The notes beneath the pieces were generated by a model that saw only the letters and a list, made by a program, of their open reading frames with translations, was not told the DNA's origin and did no database searches. A DNA stretch of 64,000 bases from an uncultured bacterium (GTDB lineage Bacteria > Chloroflexota > UBA5177 > JANWHV01): contig CAWHAE010000014.1 of the NCBI GenBank assembly GCA_963827235.1, positions 288,001-352,000 of the forward strand, in the 5' to 3' direction. Positions 30,302 through 41,571 of this stretch are shown in pieces. Made by a program: the position numbers and the translations under genes. How positions within the stretch are numbered: the first letter of the stretch is position 1; each line of letters opens with the position of its first letter.

Positions 30302-32530
30302 TCACAAATCCAAGACTTCGGTGATCGAGACGACGCCCGCGGCAGATCCTTCGAGGCTGATGTTGGGCACCAATCGATCCAGCCATCGTGGGAACCACCA
30401 GCTCTTCTCGCCAAGGAGCTGGAGCAGGGACGGCACCACGAAAAGGCGAATGACCAGCGCATCGACCAGAATGGCAGCGCCCAGACCAAGGCCGACCTCC
30501 TTTATCGTGCGAAGATCTCCGAAGGAGAAGCTGATGAACACCGAGCCCATGATCAATGCCGCCGCCACGATCAATCGCGTTGTCAGTGCCAGCCCATTCT
30601 CTACAGCCTTGGCGTTGTGACGGCCGTTCAGATGTTCCTCGTGCATGCGGCTCACCAGGAACACCTGGTAATCCATCGACAGGCCAAATAGGATCGAGAA
30701 CAGCGCCACTGGCAGGAACGACTCGATCGGCCCAGTGCGGCTGACGCCGATCAGGCCGTCGAACCAGCCCCACTGGAAGACGGCAACGAGCACGCCCAAG
30801 GCCACACCAATCGAGAGGATGTTCATCAGCGCCGCGATCAGCGGTATGAGCAGCGAGCGAAAGACTGCCATCAGAATCAGGAAGCCCAGGGCGATCACCA
30901 CCGTGAAGAAGAGGAGCATGTCGGAGGAGATCTTGCTACCCACGTCGATGAACGTCGCCGTCGCCCCGCCCACGTGAACCGTGGCATCGGCGCCACCCAA
31001 GGCCGCCGGAAGGCGATCCTTGAGCTGATGGATCAACGTCTTGGTGGCGTCCGACTGGGGCGACGTCGTGGGAATAACTACGATGGTGGCCGCCGTCTTG
31101 GACGGGTTGAAAACCGTGGGCATGATGGCGGCCACACCGGGGATCGTCCTCAGCCGCTGTGGCAACTGTTCGACCGCGCCCAGCGCGCTGGGCGCATTGA
31201 TCGCGGTAGCCAGCAAGATCGGACCGTTTGTCCCCGGGCCGAAGCCCTGGGCGATGAGGTCATAGGCGCGGCGGGTCGTTAAGTACGTCGGATTCGATCC
31301 GGCATCACTTGAGCCGAGATCGATGCTGAAAAAGGGCACGCCGAACGCCGCCACCGCCGCGATAGCGACGATAGCCACCGGGATGGGCCACCGGCGGGAG
31401 AGACCGGCCAGCCGGCGCGCACCACCGCCGTCCCGCTCGATGATGTCGATTCCGGGCAGGTGGAGCGCATCGACGCGGGCGCCGACCAGCGCCAGCAGGG
31501 CAGGAAGCACGGTGTTCGCCACCGCCACGGCAAAGGCCACGGTCAGGGCGGCGGCGATGCCCAAATAGGCGAGAAACGGTATGCCGAACATGGCCAGACC
31601 GAGGATGGCTACGGCAACTGCGGCCCCCGAGAAGACCACAGTGCGGCCTGCCGTGGCCATGGCGATCGCCACCGCGTCGGGAACGGCTCGGCCATGGTGC
31701 AGCTCTGTGCGAAAGCGGGTGACGATCAGCAGGGCGTAGTCGATGCCGACGCCTAGGCCGATCATGACGGTGAAGTCCTGTGTGAAGCTGGACAGCGTGA
31801 GCACGTTGGCCAGCAGCATGATCGTGAAGGAGCCGGCGGCCAGGCCAAGACTCGCGCTTACCATCGGCAGGCCCATGGCGATCACGGAACCGAAGGCCAC
31901 CATCAGCACGACGATCGCGGCCAACCCGCCGTATACCTCGGCACTGCCGAGATTCGGCACATCGGCGGCGCTACCAACCTGGCCGCCGATCTCTACCTGG
32001 AACGCCGGTGGCGTCGAGACCCGTTTCCGGAGGTCGGTGAGGGTGTTGAGCGTAGCCTTGCTCAGCTTGACGGCCTGTGTGTCGTACTGCACGGAAAACT
32101 GGGCAAGCGTGCCACTCTGGGCGATGTCGCCCGGCATCGTGTAGGGGGAGTCGACGCTCAGCACATGCGGCAGCGCCCTCAGCTGGGGCAGCAGCGCGTT
32201 GACCCGTTCTCGGGTGGACGCCGCCCGAATGCCGGCCGGCGCCTTGATCACGATCGTGGCGGCGTCACCGGCAGCCTGAGGAAAGCGACTCTGAAGCAGG
32301 TCGAGGGCACGCTGTGCTTCGGTGCCGGGGATCTTGAATTCGTCGGCAAAACGGCCACCCGCGACGTCTGCGCTGCCGCCAAGCACGGCAAGGAAGAGTA
32401 AAGCCCCGAGCAACACCTGCCAGGGGTGACGGGCGATGAAGCGCGGCCAGCGGCCAAAGAGCAAGGAGCGTGAGTCCAACATGAGCGAGCGTATCCTTTC
32501 GTTGCGAACGTTCCCGAGCGGCGGCGCCAC
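30302..32530 (-). CDS. MMPL-family (RND) transporter
   Basis: GVGIDYALLIVTRFR, FGLSMDYQVFLVSR, GFGPG; two-repeat topology. Confidence 0.92.
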   Translation of the reverse strand: MAPPLGNVRNERIRSLMLDSRSLLFGRWPRFIARHPWQVLLGALLFLAVLGGSADVAGGRFADEFKIPGTEAQRALDLLQSRFPQAAGDAATIVIKAPAGIRAASTRERVNALLPQLRALPHVLSVDSPYTMPGDIAQSGTLAQFSVQYDTQAVKLSKATLNTLTDLRKRVSTPPAFQVEIGGQVGSAADVPNLGSAEVYGGLAAIVVLMVAFGSVIAMGLPMVSASLGLAAGSFTIMLLANVLTLSSFTQDFTVMIGLGVGIDYALLIVTRFRTELHHGRAVPDAVAIAMATAGRTVVFSGAAVAVAILGLAMFGIPFLAYLGIAAALTVAFAVAVANTVLPALLALVGARVDALHLPGIDIIERDGGGARRLAGLSRRWPIPVAIVAIAAVAAFGVPFFSIDLGSSDAGSNPTYLTTRRAYDLIAQGFGPGTNGPILLATAINAPSALGAVEQLPQRLRTIPGVAAIMPTVFNPSKTAATIVVIPTTSPQSDATKTLIHQLKDRLPAALGGADATVHVGGATATFIDVGSKISSDMLLFFTVVIALGFLILMAVFRSLLIPLIAALMNILSIGVALGVLVAVFQWGWFDGLIGVSRTGPIESFLPVALFSILFGLSMDYQVFLVSRMHEEHLNGRHNAKAVENGLALTTRLIVAAALIMGSVFISFSFGDLRTIKEVGLGLGAAILVDALVIRLFVVPSLLQLLGEKSWWFPRWLDRLVPNISLEGSAAGVVSITEVLDL

Positions 32531-32699
32531 GTGATTCAGTCTCCATGCGGGCGATTCGCCAGCCCGGTCGCGCTATTCCCAAGAAATTATTGAGTCAGCA
32601 TTTATTTCCATGGCGTCGTTGTGCCTGGACGAGATCATTCGATGCCTCCGCGCCGTCAGGCCTCGCTCAGCCGCATGTAGCGGCGAGGCGTCAGGAAAC

Positions 32700-33344
32700 C
32701 TACCGTCGACCGGCTTCGCGCCGCTCTGGCTCCGGTGTCGCCAGACCGTTTACGATCAGGTCGACGAACTGGGCCACGAGTTGTTCAGGCTTGGTATGCG
32801 GGTGTGTCCTGGTTCGCTGGGCCTGGCGGAGAGCGATACCGGAAAGCACGAGTGTGCAAAGCTCGGCGACCGTGTCGGGATCCAGCTCGCGGAAGCGGCC
32901 GTCCGCGCTCAGATGCCGCAGATATGCGGCGAGCGGGCGGGAGAGACGCAACATTTCGGCTTCGAAGACGGTACCGACTTCCTCGTCGAGCATGCCCTCC
33001 ATCATCATCACACGGAAAGCCGGCCAGTTGGTCGCGTCACAGATATTCCTGACCAATTGCACTCCCCAGCGATACAGTTGATCTTGTGGCACCAGTTCTG
33101 CGTTTCCCACCGCCAGACTGGTGAGATCAGCGGCGAACGAGCCCCGCTCAGCCACGACCGCTGCCAGGAGCTCTCGCTTGGACGGGAAGTAGCTGTAGAG
33201 CAGTGGCGGCGTGACGCCCACCAGGTCGGTAATCTCCTTAATGGTCGCTGCGTCATAGCCATTCTCGGAGAACACGGTCATCGCCGCGTCAAGTATCTGC
33301 TCTCGTCGCTGCTCCGAAGTCGGTCCATCTGCGATGCGCGCCAC
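32700..33344 (-). CDS. TetR-family transcriptional regulator
   Basis: REQILDAA..VFSENGY..ATIKEI...GV....LYSYFPSK. Confidence 0.92.
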   Translation of the reverse strand: MARIADGPTSEQRREQILDAAMTVFSENGYDAATIKEITDLVGVTPPLLYSYFPSKRELLAAVVAERGSFAADLTSLAVGNAELVPQDQLYRWGVQLVRNICDATNWPAFRVMMMEGMLDEEVGTVFEAEMLRLSRPLAAYLRHLSADGRFRELDPDTVAELCTLVLSGIALRQAQRTRTHPHTKPEQLVAQFVDLIVNGLATPEPERREAGRR

Positions 33345-33362
33345 GGTACCACCCCTCCCCAG

Positions 33363-33407
33363 TTATTTTATATAAATTAAATTACGCTGCCGTGCCGGAT
33401 CTGTCAA
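33363..33407 (-). promoter_or_regulatory. Promoter and palindromic TetR operator
   Basis: TTGACA (33407-02), 17 bp, TAATTT; overlapping AT-rich palindrome TTA-T-TTTATATAAA-T-TAA (33363-80). Confidence 0.6.
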
Positions 33408-34016
33408 TCACCAACCATGGTCCAGAGATCTGGCTGACACCAAGCCCGATCTCGTCTGGAGAGATTGGTTCGGCGCACAATTGGCAACGCCACTCTCTTG
33501 AAAAGACTTCGGCGCGGAAATGAGAAATGTCGCTGCAGCAGTGAGTGGCGGTTCCTCTGATGAGGCTCCTCGGAAGGCGCGCCCTCGCTCCGGGCAGGCT
33601 CGCCTATCGGGCGCACTCCTCGCCGGGGATCGTGATTTGGCGATCCTACCAAGGCACCGCTGGTCCATTCATAACACGAACAGCCAGTCGCATGGCCATC
33701 AATCGTGTCGACTCGAGTCCGCCCTCCGCGTGACTCAATGAATATGAATTGACGAGGTCGAGTAGGCTGTGGCAGATCTGTCGCTCCATGAGTTGCTGGC
33801 GCGCGATGCTACAGCCTCCGTGGCTTCACCGGGTACCTGTTTGGCGGAGGTTGGTGAAGCTTAGGTCGTGCACTGGCAGACTGAAGAGCACGGGAGCCGG
33901 CAGTCCAGTCCATATCTGCGGCGCTGCAAGATCCTTCGGCAAGGTGGCGCGGGACCTCTTTCGGACTCCTGACCCACACATGCGGAAATCCGGCACCAGG
34001 CTGGGCCGGTTTTCTC

Positions 34017-34092
34017 TGGAGCGGGAGACCGGGTTCGAACCGGCGACATCCTGCTTGGAAGGCAGGCACTCTGCCAACTGAGTTACTCCCGC
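34017..34092 (-). tRNA. tRNA-Gly (anticodon TCC)
   Basis: GCGGGAG...CCTGC-CTTCCAA-GCAGG...GGTTCGAACCC...CTCCCGC-T-CCA. Confidence 0.97.
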
Positions 34093-34403
34093 GAGCTCTG
34101 CCTCGTCGGCAAAAGCAAGGATAGCATACCGGCAGCGTAGCCGCTAGAGCGGAGCGTGGGACCGTCGGACGCCGTTCAGCGGTCGTCAGCACTTGCGTTC
34201 GTGCCGGCTCACCGTGCATCCGGCTGCCACGTCGTCCCACCAAGCGGCGAGCTGAACGAGCAGCCGCGACCTCACTCAGGCGCTTGTACTGGACGCCGGC
34301 GATGTCTCGGCGCCCAGCCAAGGAGTTGATGTTATCGCCAGTGGAACCGCCAAAGCTTGCATGCTGCCGGATCTCCGGCCAGCGGGCGAGACGGACCGGC
34401 TGC

Positions 34404-36077
34404 TCAGGCCGCTGCCGCCGCTGCCGCTTCCTGCTCGTGCACCATGTCTTTCCTCCTGGTCATGAACAGGGCCGCGATGGTGCCGGCCGCGACGATGCCC
34501 GTGGCCAGCCAGAACACGAACACGGTGCCGTCTACGAATGATTGGCGGGCAATGTGCTGCACCAGGGGGAAAACGGGAGAGTGCACCAGGGGCGTGGGAT
34601 TCGCCGGGTCGACCGGCAGCCCGAGACTGCCCGCTATCGTGCCTTTGCCCTGGACCTGCACGATCACGCTCTGCCGGGCACCGGCTGGGAGTCGCGACAG
34701 GGCACCTACGCGGCTTGACACGAGCCCGTTGTAGCGGCCGGTCAGCATGGCGCCCAAAAAGGCGACGCCGAACGCGGAGCCAATCTGACGGCACATTCCG
34801 TTGACGCCGGACGCCATGCCCGCGCGAGCGCGCTCGACGGTCCCCACGGCCACCGTGGAGATCGGCGGCTGCGCGAATCCCATGCCAAGACCGCCGGCGA
34901 TGAAGGCGGGCAACAGAATCACCCAGTCATTCTTGAGGTCGTGCGGCGAGATGCGCGTCATCAGGGCAAGCGAGATGGTGAGCAGCAGCATACCCACAGT
35001 CAGCACCGGCCTAGCGCCCAGGCGATCGATGACAATACCTCCCAAGGGCGCCGAGAGCAAGATAAGGCCACTCAGGGGCAGGAACCGCACGCCGCATTCG
35101 ATGGCGCTGAAACCGAGAAAGTCCTGGAAGTATATCGTCAGGAAGAAGAAGGCCGATATCATCCCGGCGCTCAGCGCGAACACGGTAATCGCCGCACCCG
35201 TGAAGCTGAGGTTCCTGAACAGTCGCAGGTCCACCATCGGATCCGCGATCCGCGGCTCGATCAGCACGAAGAGAGCAAGGGCCACGGCGGCTACCGTGAA
35301 GAGCGTCACGATATAAGGCGAGGTCCACCCCTTGTCGCTGTCGTTGCCCTGGATCAGTGCGAGGGTGAGACAGAACAGGCAGGCCGTGGCCGTCACGAGA
35401 CCGAATACGTCGATCGCGTGCGGGGCGCGGTCGTCTCTGGACTCGACGACCGCCCAGGAAGCCACGAGAACGGCCACGATACCGATCGGCACGTTGACGA
35501 AGAAAATCGACTGCCAGCCGACGTTCTCAACCAGGAAGCCGCCGGCAAGCGGACCAATTGCCGTGGCCAGACCGCTCACGCTGCCCCAGATACCTATAGC
35601 CCGGCCGCGTTCCGGCCCGTCGAAGGTCGCCGTGATGATGGCCAGTGTCATGGGAAACATGATCGACGCGCCGACGCCCTGAATGGCGCGCGCCGCGAGC
35701 AAAGCCTTCATGTGCGAGAAACCGCCGAAGGCGATGCCGCCGGAAAGTCCACACAGCAGGGAGCCGGCGGTAAATACCGTGAGACCGAGCATGAACACCC
35801 GCTTGCGGCCGAAGATGTCGCCCAGTCTGCCTGAGGTAACCAGGAATACGGCCAGGGTGAGGGCGTAGGCATTGACTACCCATTGCAGGTCCGAGAAGTT
35901 GGCATGCATGTCTTTCTGGATGGTGGGTAGGGCGACGTAGACAATGGTCATGTCCAGTAGTGCCATGAAGATGGTGAAGGCCATGGCCAGCAACGTCCAC
36001 CACTTGTGCCCCCGCGACGGGTTGCTGCCCGGTCGCGATGCACCGCCGGGTTCGCTCGCTTCCCTGTCAAGCTTCAC
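34404..36077 (-). CDS. DHA2-family MFS efflux transporter (14 TM)
   Basis: LDMTIV.VALP, WVVNAY, GRLGDIFGRK, WQSIFFVNVPIG; GTG 36077 after AAGGAGG. Confidence 0.92.
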   Translation of the reverse strand: MKLDREASEPGGASRPGSNPSRGHKWWTLLAMAFTIFMALLDMTIVYVALPTIQKDMHANFSDLQWVVNAYALTLAVFLVTSGRLGDIFGRKRVFMLGLTVFTAGSLLCGLSGGIAFGGFSHMKALLAARAIQGVGASIMFPMTLAIITATFDGPERGRAIGIWGSVSGLATAIGPLAGGFLVENVGWQSIFFVNVPIGIVAVLVASWAVVESRDDRAPHAIDVFGLVTATACLFCLTLALIQGNDSDKGWTSPYIVTLFTVAAVALALFVLIEPRIADPMVDLRLFRNLSFTGAAITVFALSAGMISAFFFLTIYFQDFLGFSAIECGVRFLPLSGLILLSAPLGGIVIDRLGARPVLTVGMLLLTISLALMTRISPHDLKNDWVILLPAFIAGGLGMGFAQPPISTVAVGTVERARAGMASGVNGMCRQIGSAFGVAFLGAMLTGRYNGLVSSRVGALSRLPAGARQSVIVQVQGKGTIAGSLGLPVDPANPTPLVHSPVFPLVQHIARQSFVDGTVFVFWLATGIVAAGTIAALFMTRRKDMVHEQEAAAAAAA

Positions 36078-36906
36078 GGTCGATTCCTCCTTGCCGTTTG
36101 TCGCCTGCGGATGCTCCACCAGAATCCAGGCTGGAGCCGGTCTGAGAGCGATATATGCCGTGATAGATGAAGTCGGCCAGGGCCTCACGCTGCAGGTTGA
36201 ATTCGTCCTCGCTGAGAAACTCGGGCCGGAGCTGCTGATGCCACACGTGGTCCATCAGCACGGTTATCGTCCAGGCGGTGCGCTCGACGTCCAGGTCGGG
36301 CCAGGCGGCACCGCCGGACACGACCCGCCGGATGGCGATCAGCATCTGATGGTAGATCCAGCGTTGTACCTCGACACCGTATCCTGCGAGCTCAGCCTCG
36401 CCTATCTCGAGCATCATCCAGGCCCGCTGCAGGCGGTAGCGCTCCGCGTCGTAAGGCAGTATGCCGGCCAGCAGCTCTCGCATCGCTCGGCGCGGGTCCG
36501 GTCCCTCCGTGGCGGACAGGATGTTCAGCTTGCTTATCGACTCTGCGGTGCCCGCCATGAGACTCAGCATGATCTGTCGCTTGTCGCGAAAGTAGCTGTA
36601 CAGCGTGCCCACGCTTACTCCCGCTGCCGCGGCGATGTCCGGCGTCGTCGTGGCGGCATAGCCGCGCTCGGCGAAGAGCTGGGCGGCGGCCTGTACGAGC
36701 GCCTCGCGCTTGGCTCGCGAACGTCGCTGACGCGGCTCTCGAGGCAGGTCCCCCGGGCTTGGCACGGCTGGAAAGTCGGCGCGACCCTCGTCGGGCGCAC
36801 CTTTCAGCGAAGGTGCCGGGCGCCAGCCGTGGCCGCCGAAGTGCTGCCGGCCTGCTACGGGCCCGGCGGTCGGTTGGCCGGGGTCGGTAGTCTTCCGGCG
36901 CGCCAT
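36067..36906 (-). CDS. TetR-family transcriptional regulator
   Basis: PRQRRS...LFAERGY..TTTPDIA..AGVSVGTLYSYF.DK. Confidence 0.9.
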   Translation of the reverse strand: MARRKTTDPGQPTAGPVAGRQHFGGHGWRPAPSLKGAPDEGRADFPAVPSPGDLPREPRQRRSRAKREALVQAAAQLFAERGYAATTTPDIAAAAGVSVGTLYSYFRDKRQIMLSLMAGTAESISKLNILSATEGPDPRRAMRELLAGILPYDAERYRLQRAWMMLEIGEAELAGYGVEVQRWIYHQMLIAIRRVVSGGAAWPDLDVERTAWTITVLMDHVWHQQLRPEFLSEDEFNLQREALADFIYHGIYRSQTGSSLDSGGASAGDKRQGGIDREA

Positions 36907-36935
36907 GCGTGCTCCTGTCTGCCGGTTTGCAGTAT

Positions 36936-36957
36936 ATGAATGTGAAGTCATCTTCAT
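36936..36957. promoter_or_regulatory. Putative TetR operator
   Basis: Imperfect palindrome ATGAA-TG-TGA-AG-TCA-TC-TTCAT 30 bp upstream of the TetR start. Confidence 0.5.
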
Positions 36958-37124
36958 GTCCTGAGTGCCATGCTAGTGCGAAGGTGATTTCACGTCAAGT
37001 ATTCGGCCAGCCGGGTCTTGCTGGGCGTCCTGCTTCGTGTGGTCTCGTGTCGATGGATTAGATCTGGCCTGAGCGAGGACCAACTCCGGGGCGTCTTCCA
37101 TGATGACCCGGCCCGCAACTACTC

Positions 37125-38174
37125 TCAGTAGGCGAAGGCGACCCTGAGCTGTTCGGGGTCCGACCGCTGAGCCAGCGCCAGGAGAGTCAAGAGAGCTACC
37201 AGCGGTCGCTCGTGGGATGGACGGGTCTTCAGCGCCAGGTCCGCCGCCACCAGGATCGACTGCGCATCCCCCAGCTCCCCGGCCGTGTAGGCGGGAAGTG
37301 ACCGCTCGAGCTGCCGGAGTCGCCAGACCGGCCAGGCTCTCTGGCGAGCCACCTCCTCGGGAGCGATGCGCTCCTGGCGGGCCGCCGCCAGCATGGCGAG
37401 ATCGTGAACGCGCGAGCCGACCAGAGCAAGAATCTGCTCCGGCGCCTGCTCCTCGAGGAGCTTGTCGCCCAGATCGGCCGTGCGCCGGGCGCTCTTGGCG
37501 CAAATCGCGTCCACCAGTGCGAACGCATTCGCCTCGACGCTATCCTTCACCAGCGCTTCGACGTCCTGGATGAATATGCTGTTCAGCGGCGACGTATAGG
37601 CCAGCAGCTTGTCGACATCCTGCGACGCCGACAACAGATCGCCGGCGCAACGCTGAGCCAAGAGCCTCCCGGCCCGGCCGTCGATGCTGCCGCCGCGCCG
37701 CTCCACCATCTCGCCGATCCGCTGAGCCGCCCAAGCTTCTCGCTCGCCCGCGTCCTTGGGCAGCGCAAAGTGCTGCACGTCTACCGATCCAGCGGGCAGC
37801 GCGACCAGCTCCTTGACGTACCGGTTGGCCGCCGAGAGGTCGCCTTCGTGGAGCACGAGCTCCGTCGTCGCGGGAAGCTCGGCTACGAACTTGGCGAAGT
37901 CGGCCGGGGAAGGCCGGCCGGATGACTGCTTGGCACTGCCCCCGCCCTCGCCTTTGCCCGTCCATGCCACGAGCAATCCACGTACCAGCACAACCTGCCG
38001 GGCAGCAAACAGCGACAGCGAGGCGCAGTCCTCGCGCAGTGCCGCCCAGGTCACCATGGCACCGTCGAAACGGGAAACGCTTTCGCCGATCGCGCTCTCA
38101 GCGAACCGGCGTCTGAGCGCCGCTACGGCCTCGGCTGCTCCATACTCGTCTGCCCCGTACACCAGGTGTAGCAC
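37125..38174 (-). CDS. holA: DNA polymerase III delta subunit
   Basis: LVYGADEY, SLSLFAARQVVLV, KLLAY, FALVDAI, ADLALKT. Confidence 0.85.
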   Translation of the reverse strand: MLHLVYGADEYGAAEAVAALRRRFAESAIGESVSRFDGAMVTWAALREDCASLSLFAARQVVLVRGLLVAWTGKGEGGGSAKQSSGRPSPADFAKFVAELPATTELVLHEGDLSAANRYVKELVALPAGSVDVQHFALPKDAGEREAWAAQRIGEMVERRGGSIDGRAGRLLAQRCAGDLLSASQDVDKLLAYTSPLNSIFIQDVEALVKDSVEANAFALVDAICAKSARRTADLGDKLLEEQAPEQILALVGSRVHDLAMLAAARQERIAPEEVARQRAWPVWRLRQLERSLPAYTAGELGDAQSILVAADLALKTRPSHERPLVALLTLLALAQRSDPEQLRVAFAY

Positions 38175-38343
38175 GCCACTATGCCCCCACGGGCTTCGCC
38201 GGCCCGCGCTCGGCGCACTGCAAAGCTAGAGTCCACTGCAAACCTGGCCGAGCCGGCGCCTGGCCCCTGGCACCGCCGCAGTCGCGGCTCCCCGGCCCGG
38301 CTCGCCTGGTAGCGTGGGCAGAGGCGGGCACTACTGATCGAGG

Positions 38344-38416
38344 TCGGGGTGAGAGGACTTGAACCTCCGACCTCAGCGTCCCAAACGCCGCGCGCTACCG
38401 ACTGCGCTACACCCCG
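38344..38416 (-). tRNA. tRNA-Pro (anticodon TGG)
   Basis: CGGGGTG-TA-GCGCAGTCGGTAGCGC...CGGCG-TTTGGGA-CGCTG...GGTTCAAGTCC...CACCCCG-A. Confidence 0.96.
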
Positions 38417-38977
38417 CTGCCCTACAGCAGGTAGTCTAGAGAAGCCACGCCACGGCGTCAAGCGTGGCCCGCGCAATCGCGTTATAGCCCGGTCGTGCCG
38501 TTGGCATGGTGCCCGATTGCCTGCTATTCTGGCTCTGACATGTGATGGCTCGCGCGCTCCAGTGCTCGTTTGCTTTCTCGTGCCGCGGAGGCCCTATGCA
38601 CGGCAGCCTATTGTTCGGGCCCGCATACGACGACCGCATGTTGCGGCACGGCACGGGTCGAGTGCAGCAGACTCTATCGTCCGGCGGGACGTTCGAGGTC
38701 GTGGAACAAGTCTCGCTCAGCCTGCCAATGCCTGCCGCTCGCAGTGATCGCAAGTGCTTCGACTGCTTCGGCCGGCTGGCGGCGCCTGCTCCTCGCAGGT
38801 TTCGTCCCGATGTGCCTCCGGCTGGCACCGCCCGCGCATGCGGCTCTGCGGTCAGTCCAGTGCGCTCAGTCTACACGCATAGTTCCGCAGGTGTGACACA
38901 TGCAACCATGAAGACGCCCGCTCGACGCGCGGATGCGTGACGTGAGCCTATCTCCCCAGCAAAGGATGTGACGCTTC

Positions 38978-41291
38978 GTGGACAATCTGGCTCATGTACT
39001 CACCCTCGAGTGGCTGCAGTGGCTGCTCACCATCGAATTGCTGGGCTTGGCTGCGCTGCCCCTGGCGGCATTTCTCTTTCGATCGCTTCCGGACCGAGGC
39101 TACGGCTTCGCGAAGCCGCTTGGCCTGTTGCTGGTCTTCTTCGCCAACTGGTGGCTGGGCAGCGTCACCGGACTCGGAAACTACCCGGGAGTACTCTGGC
39201 TGTTCGCCCTCGTTCTGGCCGGCGCTGGAATGGCCCTTTATAGGTGGGGGCTGGCTTCGCCGCCTGATGATTGGCGCGTCCTCGGACGGCTCATCGGCTT
39301 GGAGGAAGCTCTGTTTCTGGTGGCTTTCGTGGGATGGTCGCTCGTGCGCGGGTTGGATCCCGATATCTTCGCGACCGAGAAACCCATGGACTTCATGCTC
39401 ATGCAGGTCTCCGGCGCCACGCATAGCTTCCCTCCACCCGACGCCTGGCTGAGCGGGCACACATGTGAACTACTACTACCTCGGATACGCGCTGTTCGGC
39501 ATGCTTGGTCGAATGGCCGGTGTCGACCCTCGCTTCGGCTTCAACCTGTCCAACGTGGTGGTCTTCGCGCTCGGCTGCTGCGGAGCTTTCTCGCTCGCCC
39601 TGGCCTTGACCAAGAGCAGGCTTTGGGGAACGGCGGGCGCGTTTGCCCTGATGCTGGCTGGCAATCTGGACACAATTCCGCAAGTGGTCTCGCAACTCTT
39701 CACGGGCGGCCTCAACGGCGAAGGACTGGACCTCTGGTGCAGCACGCGCATCATCGACGGCGGCTGCTCGTCCTACCACACGATCACGGAGTTCCCGATC
39801 TTCAGTCTGATCTGGAACGACCTGCACCCGCACGTCATGGCTATTCCCTTCCTGTTGCTGGCTCTAGCGCTCGGCGTGCAGGCCCTGCAGGACCCGCCTA
39901 CAGGGTGGATCTCACCGGTGCCCCGATATGTCTGGCTTGGATGCACGGCAGTCTCGCTAGGCATGCTCTTTGGCGTGAATTCGTGGGACTATCCAACCTA
40001 CACTGCCTTCGTATTGCTCTGTCTGGCCCTCGCCATCTGCCGCCAGTCGAGGCCGGATGCGCGCGCACTGCTCGAGACCGCGGCTGTCGTGCCGGTGAGT
40101 CTTCTCGTGTATCTTCCGTATCTGCTCACGGTGCACAATCCCAAGAGCATTGGCGTGCATGTTAACCCGACTCAGCTTGGAGACGCCTTGACCGTGATCG
40201 GCGGCGGGCTGATACCGGTAGCCATCTTCGCTGCCTGGCGAGGGTTCGCCACTCTGGCCCAACGCGCGGCGGGCCGGGATGAGCCAGAGCCGCTGGAAGT
40301 GCAGGCCCTGCGCGCCATGCCGCGAGGCAGCGGATGGTGGATAGTGTTCTGCTTGGCCCTGGCGATCGCGGTCTGGCCGGCCAGGATCGACGTGATCTAC
40401 GTCGTACTCCTGACCGCGCTCGTCTACATCCTGGTCGCGAGGCGGCGCGAAGAAGCGCCAGAGGTGCAGGCGATCCTTCTGCTGGCGACGATCGGCGTGG
40501 CGGTTCTGCTGGCAACTGATTTCGGCTACCTGAAGGACAACTTTGATAACTCGCCGAACTATCGCATGAATACGCTCTTCAAGCTGTACTATCAGGCGTG
40601 GATCCTCCTGGCCGTTGCCGCGCCCTTCTGCATCCGCGCGATCGGCATCGCTCTCGGTCAGGTGCGCGCCTACGCCCTGCAGATCGCGTGGTGGAGCCTG
40701 GCAGCGCTGCTCGCCGCCGGCACCGCGCTCTATCCTATCGAGGGCATTGGCAGCCAGAAGCCGTCCTACGCCACGAGCACTCCGGGACTGGACGGCCTCG
40801 CATACGTCCGCGACACGGCGCCGGGCGAATACGCCGCGCTGCAGTGGATCCTTCACAACACGAGTCAGTTCGACGTCGTCGCCGAGGCGTACGGCGGCGA
40901 CTACTGGACGGATCCGGTGCTCGCGCACGACTCCAACCTGTTCTCGGCGCTCACCGGCCGGCCGACAATCATCGGCTGGCCATACAGCCACGAGGCACTG
41001 TGGCGGGGCGACTTCGGAGCGGGCTCGCAGCAGGCATCGGCAGAAGCCATGATCACCAAAGCGGAGAATGACGATCGCGCGCTCTATACGGCTTCCACGA
41101 AACAGGCCGCGATCCAGCTTCTCCAGCAGTACAAAGTGAGCTACGTCGTGGTCGGTCCGTACGAGCGATCGGCGTTCGGCTCGGGAGCCAGTCTGACGAA
41201 TTTCGGATCGTTCCTGACTCCAGTTCTGAAGAATAGTGCCGTAACCATATATAAGGTGCCATGCCTATCCGCGTGCTTGGTAAAGCGGTAG
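38978..41291 (+). CDS. DUF2298 / Chlor_Arch_YYY polytopic membrane protein; one frameshift near 39464
   Basis: EKPMD, FPPPDAWLSGH then NYYYLG in the next frame; ITEFP, DLHPH, NSWDYP, RMNTLFKLYYQAW, TGRPTIIGW..HE. Confidence 0.85.
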
Positions 41292-41508
41292 CGCGGCTCA
41301 AGCCGGTGGGGGGGAGTGCGTTGTGAAGCGCCGCGCCGGCATCACGTGCGGGCGAGATCCGGCGGGAATGAGGAGATCGACAGAGAGACGCCTGCGCCGT
41401 GTCCGCCCAGTGCCGGGTCGCCGGCACCAGGTCTTAGCCGACCACGCGCAGATCGGCTGTAGGGGTAGAGAGCACTTCCGCGCCGCCCACCTGACGACGC
41501 GACCAATC

Positions 41509-41538
41509 CTTGACAAAGAGTGGCTCAAGTTTTATACT
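41509..41538 (+). promoter_or_regulatory. sigma70 promoter overlapped by a HAIR (HspR) operator
   Basis: TTGACA-17 bp-TATACT (41510-38); CTTGACA-N7-GCTCAAG (41509-29) versus HAIR consensus CTTGAGT-N7-ACTCAAG. Confidence 0.8.
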
Positions 41539-41571
41539 AGCAATGCATCATGGAGCCAAAGGAATTGACGT

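Noticed and set aside
33400-34016. Possible integrative element at tRNA-Gly
   Set aside because: I saw no integrase and no duplicated tRNA 3' end within the window.
38417-38970. Short ORFs in the spacer between tRNA-Pro and the DUF2298 gene
   Set aside because: No RBS or recognisable motif; more likely a divergent promoter region.
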